This document shows, in pieces, positions 21,530-31,523 of a DNA stretch of 32,000 nucleotides; within the stretch, counting starts at the first letter, position 1; every line of letters starts with the position of its first letter. The position numbers were made by a program, and so were the translations under genes. Under the pieces are notes generated by a model. The model did not search any database. It had not been told where the DNA came from and saw nothing but the letters and a program-made list of their open reading frames with translations. Source of the DNA: Gammaproteobacteria bacterium (GTDB lineage: Bacteria > Pseudomonadota > Gammaproteobacteria > DATFLG01); contig DATFLG010000272.1 in NCBI GenBank assembly GCA_035267985.1, positions 3,128 to 35,127 on the forward strand, in the 5' to 3' direction.

Positions 21530-23422
21530 TCATGCGCTGCGGCGCCGAGTGCCTCCGTATCGTTTCAGATGCACGAGCAGCAGGGAAATCGCCGCCGGGG
21601 TGACGCCGGGGATGCGGGCCGCCTGCCCCACGGTGAGCGGCCGGGATGCCTGGAGCTTCTCGCGCACCTCGGCTGACAGCCCCCGGATGGCACCATAGTC
21701 GAGATCCTCCGGCACCGCCTGCTCGTCGTGACGCCGGTGACGCTCGATCTCCGCCTGCTGACGCTCGATGTAACCCGCGTATTTGGTCTGCACTTCAACC
21801 TGCTCGCCGGCCGCGGGATCGTCCAGGGCCGGGCCGATGCCCGGCAGGGCGGTGAGCCGGGCGTAGGACACCTCCGGGCGGCGAAGCAGGTCCAGGGCCC
21901 GCTGCTCCCGGGCCAGGGGCGCGCCCAGCAGCTCGGCCACTGCCCGGGCCTGGGGGCCTTCCGGGCGCACCCGGAGCTGCGCCAGACGCCTGCGTTCCCC
22001 GTCCACGGCCTCGCGCTTGGCTGCGAAGACGCGCCACCGGGCGTCGCCCACCAGTCCGAGCTCGCGGCCCGCCGGGGTCAGGCGCATGTCGGCATTGTCT
22101 TCGCGCAGCAGCAGCCGGTATTCGGCCCGGCTGGTGAACATCCGGTAGGGCTCGGCCGTACCGCGGGTGATCAGATCGTCCACCAGCACGCCGAGATAGG
22201 CCTCATCCCGCCGCGGCCACCAGGGCTCGCGGTCCTGTACCCGCCGGGCCGCATTGAGGCCCGCCAGCAGCCCCTGGGCCGCGGCCTCCTCGTAGCCGGT
22301 GGTGCCGTTGATCTGGCCGGCGAAGTAGAGCCCCTCGATGTGCCTCGTCTCCAGGGTGTAGCGCAGGTCCCGGGGATCGAAGAAATCGTACTCGATAGCG
22401 TAGCCGGGCCGGGTGATGTGGGCGCGTTCCAGGCCCGGCACGGCCCGCACCAGCTCGACCTGCACCTCGAAGGGCAGGCTGGTGGAAATGCCGTTGGGAT
22501 AGACCTCGTGGGTGTCCAGCCCTTCCGGCTCCAGGAAGATCTGATGGGACTGCCTGTCCGCAAAGCGCACCACCTTGTCTTCGATGGAGGGGCAGTAGCG
22601 GGGCCCCACCCCTTCGATGAGACCGGAGTACATGGGCGAGCGGTCCAGACTGGCGCGGATGATGTCATGGACCGCCGGACTGGTGCGGGTGATATGGCAC
22701 GCCACCTGGGGGGGCGGCTCACCGGAGCGGCCCAGATAGGAGAAGGCCGGCAGCGGCCGGTCCCCCGGCTGGGGCTCGAGGCGAGTGTAATCGATGGTAC
22801 GCCCGTCGATGCGCGGCGGGGTGCCCGTCTTCAGACGCTCCACCCGCAGGGGCAGCTCCCGCAGCCGCCGGGCCAGGGCATTGGCGGGCGGGTCGCCCGC
22901 CCGGCCGCCTTCGAAATTGCTGGGGCCGATGTGGATGCGCCCGCCGAGGAAAGTTCCCACGGTCAGCACCACCGTGGGCGCCCCGAAACGAAGACCCATC
23001 CGGGTCACCACACCGGTAATGCGGTCCCCCTGCACCACCAGGTCGTCCACCGCCTGCTGGAACAGCATCAGGTTGGGCTGGTTCTCCAGCGCCTGGCGCA
23101 CCGCGGATTTGTACAGCGCCCGGTCGCACTGGGCGCGGGTGGCACGCACGGCGGGGCCCTTGCGGGCGTTGAGGGTGCGGAACTGGATGCCCGCCCGGTC
23201 GGCGGCGCGGCCCATGAGCCCGCCCAGGGCGTCGATCTCCCGCACCAGATGGCCCTTGCCGATGCCCCCGATGGCCGGATTGCAGCTCATCTGGCCCAGG
23301 GTCTCGATGTTGTGGGTCAGCAGCAGGGTGCGCACTCCCATCCGGGCCGCGGCCAGTGCCGCCTCGGTGCCGGCGTGTCCGCCGCCTACCACAATGACGT
23401 CAAAATGGTCCTGAAAGTGCAT
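21530..23422 (-). CDS. mnmG: tRNA uridine 5-carboxymethylaminomethyl modification enzyme
   Basis: I start at ATG 23422 ([29 protein letters not shown], an FAD-binding fold). The product is about 630 aa. Confidence 0.96.
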   Translation of the reverse strand: MHFQDHFDVIVVGGGHAGTEAALAAARMGVRTLLLTHNIETLGQMSCNPAIGGIGKGHLVREIDALGGLMGRAADRAGIQFRTLNARKGPAVRATRAQCDRALYKSAVRQALENQPNLMLFQQAVDDLVVQGDRITGVVTRMGLRFGAPTVVLTVGTFLGGRIHIGPSNFEGGRAGDPPANALARRLRELPLRVERLKTGTPPRIDGRTIDYTRLEPQPGDRPLPAFSYLGRSGEPPPQVACHITRTSPAVHDIIRASLDRSPMYSGLIEGVGPRYCPSIEDKVVRFADRQSHQIFLEPEGLDTHEVYPNGISTSLPFEVQVELVRAVPGLERAHITRPGYAIEYDFFDPRDLRYTLETRHIEGLYFAGQINGTTGYEEAAAQGLLAGLNAARRVQDREPWWPRRDEAYLGVLVDDLITRGTAEPYRMFTSRAEYRLLLREDNADMRLTPAGRELGLVGDARWRVFAAKREAVDGERRRLAQLRVRPEGPQARAVAELLGAPLAREQRALDLLRRPEVSYARLTALPGIGPALDDPAAGEQVEVQTKYAGYIERQQAEIERHRRHDEQAVPEDLDYGAIRGLSAEVREKLQASRPLTVGQAARIPGVTPAAISLLLVHLKRYGGTRRRSA

Positions 23423-23609
23423 GTGCGAAGCCGGAGAGGTGCGGTGAAACCCCGCCATTCTAGGCCAGTGGCGCTGGGTACGCTAATGTAGAGGCCGGGA
23501 GATGCCGGAGGTTCCCTGTGGAAGAGGCGCCCCGCAGCGGTCGGGACCCGGTCCGGCATGACCCTTTTCGCCAACAACAAGCGGCCAAAGCCGCGACAGG
23601 GAGGATGGC

Positions 23610-24404
23610 ATGTCGCAATTCAATCGCGTCAGAGGATGGATGTTAGCAGGTACGCTGTGCTGCGCCGCGGCGGCTGCCGGTGCGCCCGGCGCCGAAGCGG
23701 GGGTGCTCAATGTCCCCGGGGATTTTCCCGGCTCGTTCAGCATGAACCTGCTGGGAGGATTCATGGCGGTGGACAACCCCGGCTCGGGCGGATCTGTGGT
23801 CGGGGGTGGACTGCTCAACGCACCCGTCGTATCGAGCGTGGCCGAACCCATCCGGTTCGACGCCGGGGCCTTCGACGGCGTTGGCCCGGGTGCGGGGTCA
23901 TCCGCACTGACCCTGACCTCCGTGGATCACTGGCATATCGCTTCCGCACAGGTGTTCGGGTCACCGGTGGAGTTCTACATAGACGGGGCGGGCACCGGGA
24001 CCCTGGTGGATCATGCCGGCAGCACCAGCGGCGACTGGACTCTGGCGGTGCCCCTGCATGCCACCTGGATTGGCAACGACTTCGTGTTCCCCGACTTCGT
24101 GCTGAGCACGGCGGCCAGCTACACCTACTATCCGAGGGGGCTGAGCTACCCATCTTCGTCCAGCCTCAAGACCGTCAGCGGCCAGGCCATGGACTATGCC
24201 ACCGGAGATGCATTCCTGGTGGGTCAGAGCGCTTCTGGCTTCGACAACGGTCCGTTCCCGGGGCTGCGGGTCACCATCGGTCTTTACGGCAACGACCCCA
24301 CCACGATTCCCGAGCCGGGCACCTTGTGGATCATGGCCCCGGGTTTGCTGGCCCTGGGTTGGAGGACGCGGCGCCGGGACCGTTTCGGCCTCCCTGGCAC
24401 CTGA
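23610..24404 (+). CDS. PEP-CTERM sorting-domain secreted protein (exosortase substrate), otherwise uncharacterised
   Basis: 264 aa with an N-terminal signal peptide (LAGTLCCAAAAAGAPGAEAG). The C-terminus is IPEPGTLWIMAPGLLALGWRTRRR, that is PEP, a TM helix and an Arg cluster. It is the only plus-strand gene inside the minus-strand core block. Confidence 0.8.
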   Translation: MSQFNRVRGWMLAGTLCCAAAAAGAPGAEAGVLNVPGDFPGSFSMNLLGGFMAVDNPGSGGSVVGGGLLNAPVVSSVAEPIRFDAGAFDGVGPGAGSSALTLTSVDHWHIASAQVFGSPVEFYIDGAGTGTLVDHAGSTSGDWTLAVPLHATWIGNDFVFPDFVLSTAASYTYYPRGLSYPSSSSLKTVSGQAMDYATGDAFLVGQSASGFDNGPFPGLRVTIGLYGNDPTTIPEPGTLWIMAPGLLALGWRTRRRDRFGLPGT

Positions 24405-24626
24405 AACCGGGCAGCAGCACCGGGGAATCCGGGGAGGGGTGAGGGCCGCGCCCGGTGGCGGTTGGCAACCGTCGCTTTCCGCGGCGCGTTGGCTTTCTGC
24501 CCGGATTCCACTTCGCTCCATCGGCGAACCGCCGTCGTCGTAGCCGGAGCAGACGGCCCGGATGAAGCGCAGCGCAACGATGATGAAGACCCGGTGAACG
24601 CAGCGTGAGGGACGGGCCCGGCGCGG

Positions 24627-25973
24627 TCACTTGCCGATGCAGAAGCTGGAGAAGATACGCCCCAGCAGGTCGTCGCTGGTGAACTCCCCGGTGATCTCGT
24701 TCAAGGCCTGCTGAGCCTGACGCAGCTCCTCGGCCAGCAACTCGCCGGCCCGATGGCGGGTGAGCTGGTCATGGCCGGCCTGCACATGGCCGTGGGCGCG
24801 ACTGAGGGCATCCAGGTGCCGGCGCCGGGCCATGAAACCGCCCTCGCCCTGGTCCTGATAGCCCATCACCATCTTCAGATGAGTGCCCAGGGCATCCAGC
24901 CCCGCGCCGGTGCGCGCCGACACCGCCACCACTTCGTCCTCCATCAGGCCCGCCGCCCGGCCGGTGACATCGGCCTTGTTCAGCACCACGGTGCGGGGCA
25001 GGTCGGCCGGCAGGCGGGCAAGGATGGCGTCCTCGGCATCCCCCCAGCCCGCAGCGTCGTCCACCACCAGCAGCATGCGGTCGGCGGCTTCGATGGCCGC
25101 CCAGGCCCGGCGGATCCCTTCGCGCTCCACGGGTTCGTCGGTGTCACGCAGCCCGGCGGTATCGATCACATGCACGGGCATGCCGTCGATCTGGATATGC
25201 TCGCGCAGCAGGTCCCGGGTGGTGCCGGCCACCTCCGTGACGATGGCCGTGTCCCGTCCGGCCAGGGCGTTGAGCAGGCTGGACTTGCCGGCGTTGGGCT
25301 GTCCCCCGATCACCAACGTCATCCCTTCGCGCAGCAGACAGCCCTGGCGGGCGCGGGCCTCCAGGTCCCGGAAATCCGCCTCCAGGGCATCGAGGCGGCT
25401 GGCTACGGTGGCGTCGCCCAGGAAATCCACTTCTTCCTCGGGAAAGTCGATGGCCGCTTCCACGTACAGGCGCAGGGCGATGAGCGCCTCGGTCAGGGCA
25501 TGAACGCGCCCGGAGAAGGCCCCTTCCAGGGACCGGGCCGCCGCCCGCGCCGCCTGGGCGCTGCCGGCGTCGATCAGGTCGGCCACCGCCTCGGCCTGAG
25601 CCAGGTCCAGCTTGTCGTTCAAAAAGGCCCGCTGGGAGAATTCGCCGGGGCGGGCTGCCCGGCAGCCCAGGGCCAGCACCCGGGCCAGGAGCAAGTCCAG
25701 CACCACCGGACCGCCGTGGGCGTGCAGCTCCAGCACCGCCTCGCCGGTGAAGGACCGGGGCGCGGGAAAGTACAGCACCAGCCCTTCATCGATGGGCTGG
25801 CCGGCATCGTCCAGGAGCCGGTGCAGCTCGGCGGTGCGCGGCTGGGGCAGACGGCCGGTCAGGGTCCGGGCGACGGCCGGGGCCGCGGGCCCCGAGATAC
25901 GCACGATGCCCACCCCGCCGCGCCCCGGGGGGGTGGCGATGGCGGCGATGGTATCGCGGGCGTCATGGGTCAT
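24627..25973 (-). CDS. mnmE: tRNA modification GTPase
   Basis: 448 aa with the G1 motif [14 protein letters not shown] and the C-terminal CIGK tetrapeptide. Confidence 0.96.
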   Translation of the reverse strand: MTHDARDTIAAIATPPGRGGVGIVRISGPAAPAVARTLTGRLPQPRTAELHRLLDDAGQPIDEGLVLYFPAPRSFTGEAVLELHAHGGPVVLDLLLARVLALGCRAARPGEFSQRAFLNDKLDLAQAEAVADLIDAGSAQAARAAARSLEGAFSGRVHALTEALIALRLYVEAAIDFPEEEVDFLGDATVASRLDALEADFRDLEARARQGCLLREGMTLVIGGQPNAGKSSLLNALAGRDTAIVTEVAGTTRDLLREHIQIDGMPVHVIDTAGLRDTDEPVEREGIRRAWAAIEAADRMLLVVDDAAGWGDAEDAILARLPADLPRTVVLNKADVTGRAAGLMEDEVVAVSARTGAGLDALGTHLKMVMGYQDQGEGGFMARRRHLDALSRAHGHVQAGHDQLTRHRAGELLAEELRQAQQALNEITGEFTSDDLLGRIFSSFCIGK

Positions 25974-26085
25974 GAGCGTGAGGCACCGGGCCGGCGCACA
26001 GGCGCAACGTCAATTACAGGGGCGCCGCCCGGGCGTGGCAAGGGCAGGCTCCCCCGGGCGGGGGATGGGCGCGGAGCGGCGCCGG

Positions 26086-27825
26086 TCAGGCCTTTGCGCC
26101 GCGCTCGATGCGCCGGGTGATGCTCCACTGCTGGGCGATGGACAGGGTGTTGTTGACCACCCAGTACAGCACCAGTCCCGAGGGGAAGAAGGCGAAGAAG
26201 GCGGTGAAGGCAATGGGCAGCACCATCATCATCTTCTTCTGCAGCGGGTCCATGGGCGCCGGGTTGAGCCGGTTCTGGATCAGCATGGTCACGCCCATGA
26301 TCAGCGGCAGCACGTAGTACGGATCCGGCGTGGACAGGTCATGTATCCACAGGACCCACGGCGCTTGACGCAGCTCCACGCTCTCCAGCAGCACCCAGTA
26401 CAGGGCGATGAAGACGGGAATCTGCACCACGATGGGCAGGCACCCCCCCAGGGGGTTGATCTTTTCGGTCTTGTACAGCTCCATCATGGCCTGGTTGAGG
26501 CGCTGCTTGTCGTCGCCGTAGCGCTCGCGCAGGGCTTTCAGCCGCGGGGCCATCTTGCGCATCTGGGCCATGGAGCGGTAGCTGGTTTCGGAGAGCTTGT
26601 AGAACGCGGCCTTGATCAGAATGGTCAGGACGATGATCGCCCAGCCCCAGTTGCCCAGAAAACCATGGAGCTTGGACAGGGCCCAGAAGATGGGCTGTGC
26701 CAGAACGGTCAACTTGCCGTAGTCCACGGTCAGGTCGAGGCCGGGCGCGACGGTGGCCAGGCGGTTCTGCAGCTTGGGCCCCAGATACAGGCGGCTCTTG
26801 TAATCGTGGTCGGCACCCGGAGCGATGGTCACCGCCGGGGCCACCATCCCGATCACGTAGCGCGAATGGGACAGCACCTTGGTGTAGTAGTGGTCCGTGA
26901 GGCCGGCCGGGGGGATCACCGCCCCCAGGAAGTAATGCTGGGTCATGGCGGCCCAGCCGCCCTTGATGTCCCGAGACAGGTTCTGCTTGACCATCTGGGA
27001 AAAATCGATCTTCTGGAACTTGTCCTCGGGGCTGTAGATCACGCCGCCCATGTAGGTGTGGATAAAGGCGGTGGCCCCCGGCTCGGCAACCTGGGTGCGC
27101 TGGAGCTGGCGGTAGACCCGGCCCGTCCAGGGCTTGGAGGAGCCATTGTGGACCTTGTGCTCCAGGTTCACCACGTAACTGCCCCGGTGGAAGGTGTAGA
27201 TCTTGGTGACCGTCACGCCTTCGGGGCTGCGCCAGTGCAGAGCCACCTTCACGCTGTTCTGGCCGGCGCCGAGCTTGTAGTCGGTTCGGTCGGCGGTGTA
27301 CTGGACATGATGGGTGGGCTGGGGGCCGTCGCTGGTGAGCAGGCCCGACTGGAGCACGAACAGCTTCGGCAACGTGTCGTTCATCAGCACGAAGGGCTGA
27401 TCGGGCTTCTTGGCCGATACCGCATAGTGGGGCAGCACCAGCCGACGCAGGTCGCCGCCGGTGGTGTCCAGGGTGGCCCGCATGATGTCCGTGTCCACGT
27501 GGATGCGCCGGGCGGTGGGCAGCACCCGGGTGGGGGTGGCCTGGGCCGGTTGCTGCCGGGGTTTGGCGGCCCCGGTGCTGGGAGGCAGATCAGTATGGGC
27601 CACACCGGCGCCGTCCCGGGCCGCTGCCGGGGCGCCGGGGCCCGCCGGCGCCGCCTTGCCCGCGGGCTGGCTGCCGGCGGCGCCCTGTGCCTGGGTGCCG
27701 GGCGCGGGCTGGCTGGTGGTGGTGGGGGTCGGGTGCCTGCCGCCGTAATCCTGCTGCCAGGCGGCCCAGATCATCATTACCACCACGACCAGGGCGACGA
27801 ACAGGAGCAGGCGCTGGTTATCCAT
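26086..27825 (-). CDS. yidC: Membrane protein insertase YidC
   Basis: 579 aa with an N-terminal TM helix, a large periplasmic domain and a conserved C-terminal 5-TM core (PLGGCLPIVVQIPVFIALY). Confidence 0.96.
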   Translation of the reverse strand: MDNQRLLLFVALVVVVMMIWAAWQQDYGGRHPTPTTTSQPAPGTQAQGAAGSQPAGKAAPAGPGAPAAARDGAGVAHTDLPPSTGAAKPRQQPAQATPTRVLPTARRIHVDTDIMRATLDTTGGDLRRLVLPHYAVSAKKPDQPFVLMNDTLPKLFVLQSGLLTSDGPQPTHHVQYTADRTDYKLGAGQNSVKVALHWRSPEGVTVTKIYTFHRGSYVVNLEHKVHNGSSKPWTGRVYRQLQRTQVAEPGATAFIHTYMGGVIYSPEDKFQKIDFSQMVKQNLSRDIKGGWAAMTQHYFLGAVIPPAGLTDHYYTKVLSHSRYVIGMVAPAVTIAPGADHDYKSRLYLGPKLQNRLATVAPGLDLTVDYGKLTVLAQPIFWALSKLHGFLGNWGWAIIVLTILIKAAFYKLSETSYRSMAQMRKMAPRLKALRERYGDDKQRLNQAMMELYKTEKINPLGGCLPIVVQIPVFIALYWVLLESVELRQAPWVLWIHDLSTPDPYYVLPLIMGVTMLIQNRLNPAPMDPLQKKMMMVLPIAFTAFFAFFPSGLVLYWVVNNTLSIAQQWSITRRIERGAKA

Positions 27826-28090
27826 GGCTGCCCCCGGGCTTGCGCTGGGACGGGTGGGTCTCGACCCGGCGCCACACCGTGTCCGGGACCGGGTCGACGC
27901 CGCCCGGGTGCCAGGGATGGCAGCGGCTCAGTCGGCGCAGGGCGAGCCAGCCGCCGCCCACGATGCCGTGGCGCTCGATGGCCGACTCCGCGTAATGGGA
28001 ACAGGTGGGATAGAAACGGCAGTGCTGGCCCAACCAGGGGCTGAGGGCATAGCGGTACAGCTTTATCAACAGGATCAGGACTGTTCGCAT
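27818..28090 (-). CDS. yidD: Membrane protein insertion efficiency factor YidD
   Basis: 90 aa containing YRYALSPWLGQHCRFYPTCSHYA. It overlaps the rnpA 3' end by 16 nt and the yidC start by 8 nt. Confidence 0.9.
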   Translation of the reverse strand: MRTVLILLIKLYRYALSPWLGQHCRFYPTCSHYAESAIERHGIVGGGWLALRRLSRCHPWHPGGVDPVPDTVWRRVETHPSQRKPGGSHG

Positions 28091-28440
28091 CGAGAGGCCA
28101 GGCGTTTCCAGTGCATGTTCAGGCTGCGCCGCAGCTCGGCGTTGTTCTTACGGTCGATGCCGGGACGGCCCAGGACGACCACGTCCAGGCCGGCCAGGCG
28201 GTCGCCTTCGCGGCGCAGGCTTTCGCGGATGATCCGCTTGATGCGGTTACGGGCCACCGCCCGGCGGGCCACCTTGCGGGAGATCGCCAGGCCCAAACGG
28301 GGATGGGACAAGCCGTTGGGCCGGGCGAGAACCGTCATGCACGCATCGCTGGAGCGGAGCCGGCCCTTGAAGACCCGTTGGTACTCGGACGCTCGTGTGA
28401 GACGTGCACGTCGGGGAAAGCGTTCCGAGCCCGAAGCCAA
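28075..28440 (-). CDS. rnpA: Ribonuclease P protein component
   Basis: Conserved core is RLTRASEYQRVF...LGLAISRKVARRAVARNRIKRIIRE. There is no in-frame ATG after the rpmH stop, so I propose a TTG start at 28440 (MASGSERFPRRARL). The upstream part of the 172-aa track ORF overlaps rpmH and is not credible. Confidence 0.85.
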   Translation of the reverse strand: MASGSERFPRRARLTRASEYQRVFKGRLRSSDACMTVLARPNGLSHPRLGLAISRKVARRAVARNRIKRIIRESLRREGDRLAGLDVVVLGRPGIDRKNNAELRRSLNMHWKRLASRCEQS

Positions 28441-28451
28441 AGAGCGGCGTG

Positions 28452-28586
28452 TCAGACCGACAGCCGCGCCCGACCTTTGGCCCGGCGCGCCTTCAGCACC
28501 AGACGGCCGTTCTTGGTGCGCATGCGGGCACGGAAGCCGTGAGCACGCTTGCGCTTGAGCTTGCTGGGTTGGTAGGTGCGCTTCAT
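28452..28586 (-). CDS. rpmH: 50S ribosomal protein L34
   Basis: Not in the ORF track because it is under 60 aa. Manual translation gives [44 protein letters not shown] followed by TGA. Confidence 0.95.
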   Translation of the reverse strand: MKRTYQPSKLKRKRAHGFRARMRTKNGRLVLKARRAKGRARLSV

Positions 28587-28712
28587 GAGCCAATCCTGTC
28601 GAGAATCAAGTAGATAGTCTTTTCCGCCCGCAGGCGTGAAGCCCGAAAGATTACCGGGGGGCGTGGATGGATGTCAACCGCCGCCAACAGGTGGGGTTCG
28701 CACCGGACAGGG

Positions 28713-28721
28713 TGTGGATAA
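28713..28721 (-). promoter_or_regulatory. Perfect DnaA box (TTATCCACA) in the rpmH-dnaA intergenic region
   Basis: The plus strand reads TGTGGATAA, 43 nt upstream of the dnaA ATG. This fits dnaA autoregulation or an origin sub-element. Confidence 0.6.
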
Positions 28722-28763
28722 CACCCGGGATCGGGTATAGACTGCGTTGCTCCCCCGTTCGTC

Positions 28764-30143
<1,380 letters not shown>

Positions 30144-30370
30144 TGTGGATAACCTGTGGGGAAGCTGACGGGCCGAAAGTTGTCCACAGCAGTGCACATG
30201 TCATCCACAGGCTGTCCGGAGCTTCTGCAAAGGGTTGTGATTAATACAAGGCGTTGATTAATAATACGTAATAAGGCTTTCGCACAGGCAGCAGGCGGAC
30301 TAATAGTCACTACAGTAATTCAGAATATCAATATTTATATTGATAAGAACGCATCGGACAAAGGGCGCCC
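30144..30370. other. Candidate oriC / DnaA-box cluster with AT-rich unwinding-type element (also the dnaN promoter region)
   Basis: TGTGGATAA at 30144-30152 is a perfect box in reverse orientation. TGTGGGGAA at 30155-30163 has 2 mismatches (reverse). TTGTCCACA at 30180-30188 and TCATCCACA at 30201-30209 each have 1 mismatch. The sharply AT-rich stretch 30238-30350 then holds TGATTAATA twice (30238-30246, 30255-30263) and the palindrome TATCAATAT-TT-ATATTGATA (30326-30345). Confidence 0.5.
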
Positions 30371-31474
30371 ATGAAATTCCAGATACAGCGGGAAGCGTTG
30401 TTGAAACCCCTCCAGCAGATCGTGGGAGTTGTTGAGCGACGTCAGACACTGCCGGTGCTCTCCAACGTGCTGGTGAATGCTTCGGGGGAGGGAATTACGC
30501 TCACGGCTACGGACCTGGAAGTGGAGCTCATGGCGAGCACCGTGCAAACCGTGGCCGAACCCGGGGAGACCACGCTGCCGGCCCGCAAGATCCTGGATAT
30601 CTGCCGGACCCTGCCGGAACAAGCGACCCTGGAGGTCACGGTGGACCAGGAACGGGCGATGGTCCGCTCCGGGCGCAGCCGCTTCACCCTGGCCACCCTG
30701 CCGGCTGCCGAGTTTCCGGTGGTCGAGGACGTGAAGGCGGGGCAGAGTTTCGAGGTGCCCCAGAAGGACCTGCGGGAGCTCATCGAACGGACGCACTTCT
30801 CCATGGCTCAGCAGGACGTCCGTTACTACCTCAACGGCCTGATGCTGGAGATGGGTGAGCACCGCTTGCGGGCGGTGGCCACCGACGGCCACCGGCTGGC
30901 CCTGTGCGATATGGGCGCGAGCATCGAGGGGGGCAGCGGAGAGCAGGTCATCGTGCCCCGCAAGGGGGTGATGGAGCTGCTGCGGCTGCTGGAGGACAGC
31001 GATGCGCCGGTCCAGGTCCAGGTGGGCAGCAATCACATCCGGGTCAGCGTGCCGGAGATCCGGTTCACCTCCAAGCTCATCGACGGACGCTTCCCGGACT
31101 ACGACCGGGTCGTGCCCACGGGGGGCGACAAGCGCATGGAGGCGGACCGGGAACTGCTGCGCCAGGCCCTGGCGCGCACGTCGATTCTGTCCAACGAGAA
31201 ATACCGGGGAATCCGGCTCAACCTGGAACCCGGTGCCCTGCGCATCCAGGCCCATAATCCCGAGCAGGAAGAGGCCGAGGAGGAGATCGAGGTGGCTTAC
31301 GACGGAGAGCCGCTGGAAATCGGCTTCAATGTCACTTACCTCATGGAAGCGCTGGGGGCGATCCCCGGGGAGCGGGTGACGGTGACCCTGCGGGATTCCA
31401 ACAGCAGCAGCCTGATCGAGGAGGTGGGGGGCCAGATGCCGTGCAAGTACGTTGTCATGCCCATGCGGCTGTAG
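30371..31474 (+). CDS. dnaN: DNA polymerase III beta sliding clamp
   Basis: 367 aa starting MKFQIQREALLKPLQQIVGVVERRQTLPVLSNVL and ending with the typical ...YVVMPMRL. Confidence 0.97.
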   Translation: MKFQIQREALLKPLQQIVGVVERRQTLPVLSNVLVNASGEGITLTATDLEVELMASTVQTVAEPGETTLPARKILDICRTLPEQATLEVTVDQERAMVRSGRSRFTLATLPAAEFPVVEDVKAGQSFEVPQKDLRELIERTHFSMAQQDVRYYLNGLMLEMGEHRLRAVATDGHRLALCDMGASIEGGSGEQVIVPRKGVMELLRLLEDSDAPVQVQVGSNHIRVSVPEIRFTSKLIDGRFPDYDRVVPTGGDKRMEADRELLRQALARTSILSNEKYRGIRLNLEPGALRIQAHNPEQEEAEEEIEVAYDGEPLEIGFNVTYLMEALGAIPGERVTVTLRDSNSSSLIEEVGGQMPCKYVVMPMRL

Positions 31475-31523
31475 CGGCAGGCCGCGACGGCGGCTGCGCG
31501 GCGGCGGCACGGGCTGCCCCTCC

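Noticed and set aside
21728-23491. A 587-aa plus-strand ORF opposite mnmG. The same applies to 28767-30197 and 30335-31879 (minus strand) opposite dnaA and dnaN, and to 5563-6621 (minus strand) opposite hipA.
   Set aside because: All are antisense to well-supported genes and have low-complexity composition with no recognisable domains.
23423-23609. An E. coli-style oriC next to mnmG (gidA).
   Set aside because: The spacers flanking mnmG and the PEP-CTERM gene are GC-rich. I could find no TTATCCACA-like boxes or AT-rich tract in them.
27491-27506. A parS-like core GTGTCCACGTGGATGC inside yidC.
   Set aside because: Only the central 10-bp palindrome TCCACGTGGA matches. All six flanking positions differ from TGTTCCACGTGGAACA (10 of 16 matches), so it is unlikely to be a functional ParB site.
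25612-28044. An 810-aa plus-strand ORF spanning mnmE, the intergenic region, yidC and yidD.
   Set aside because: It is antisense to three strongly conserved genes. The translation is Gly/Arg/Ala/Pro/His-rich low-complexity sequence with no motif. It crosses an intergenic region without interruption only because stop codons are rare in high-GC DNA.
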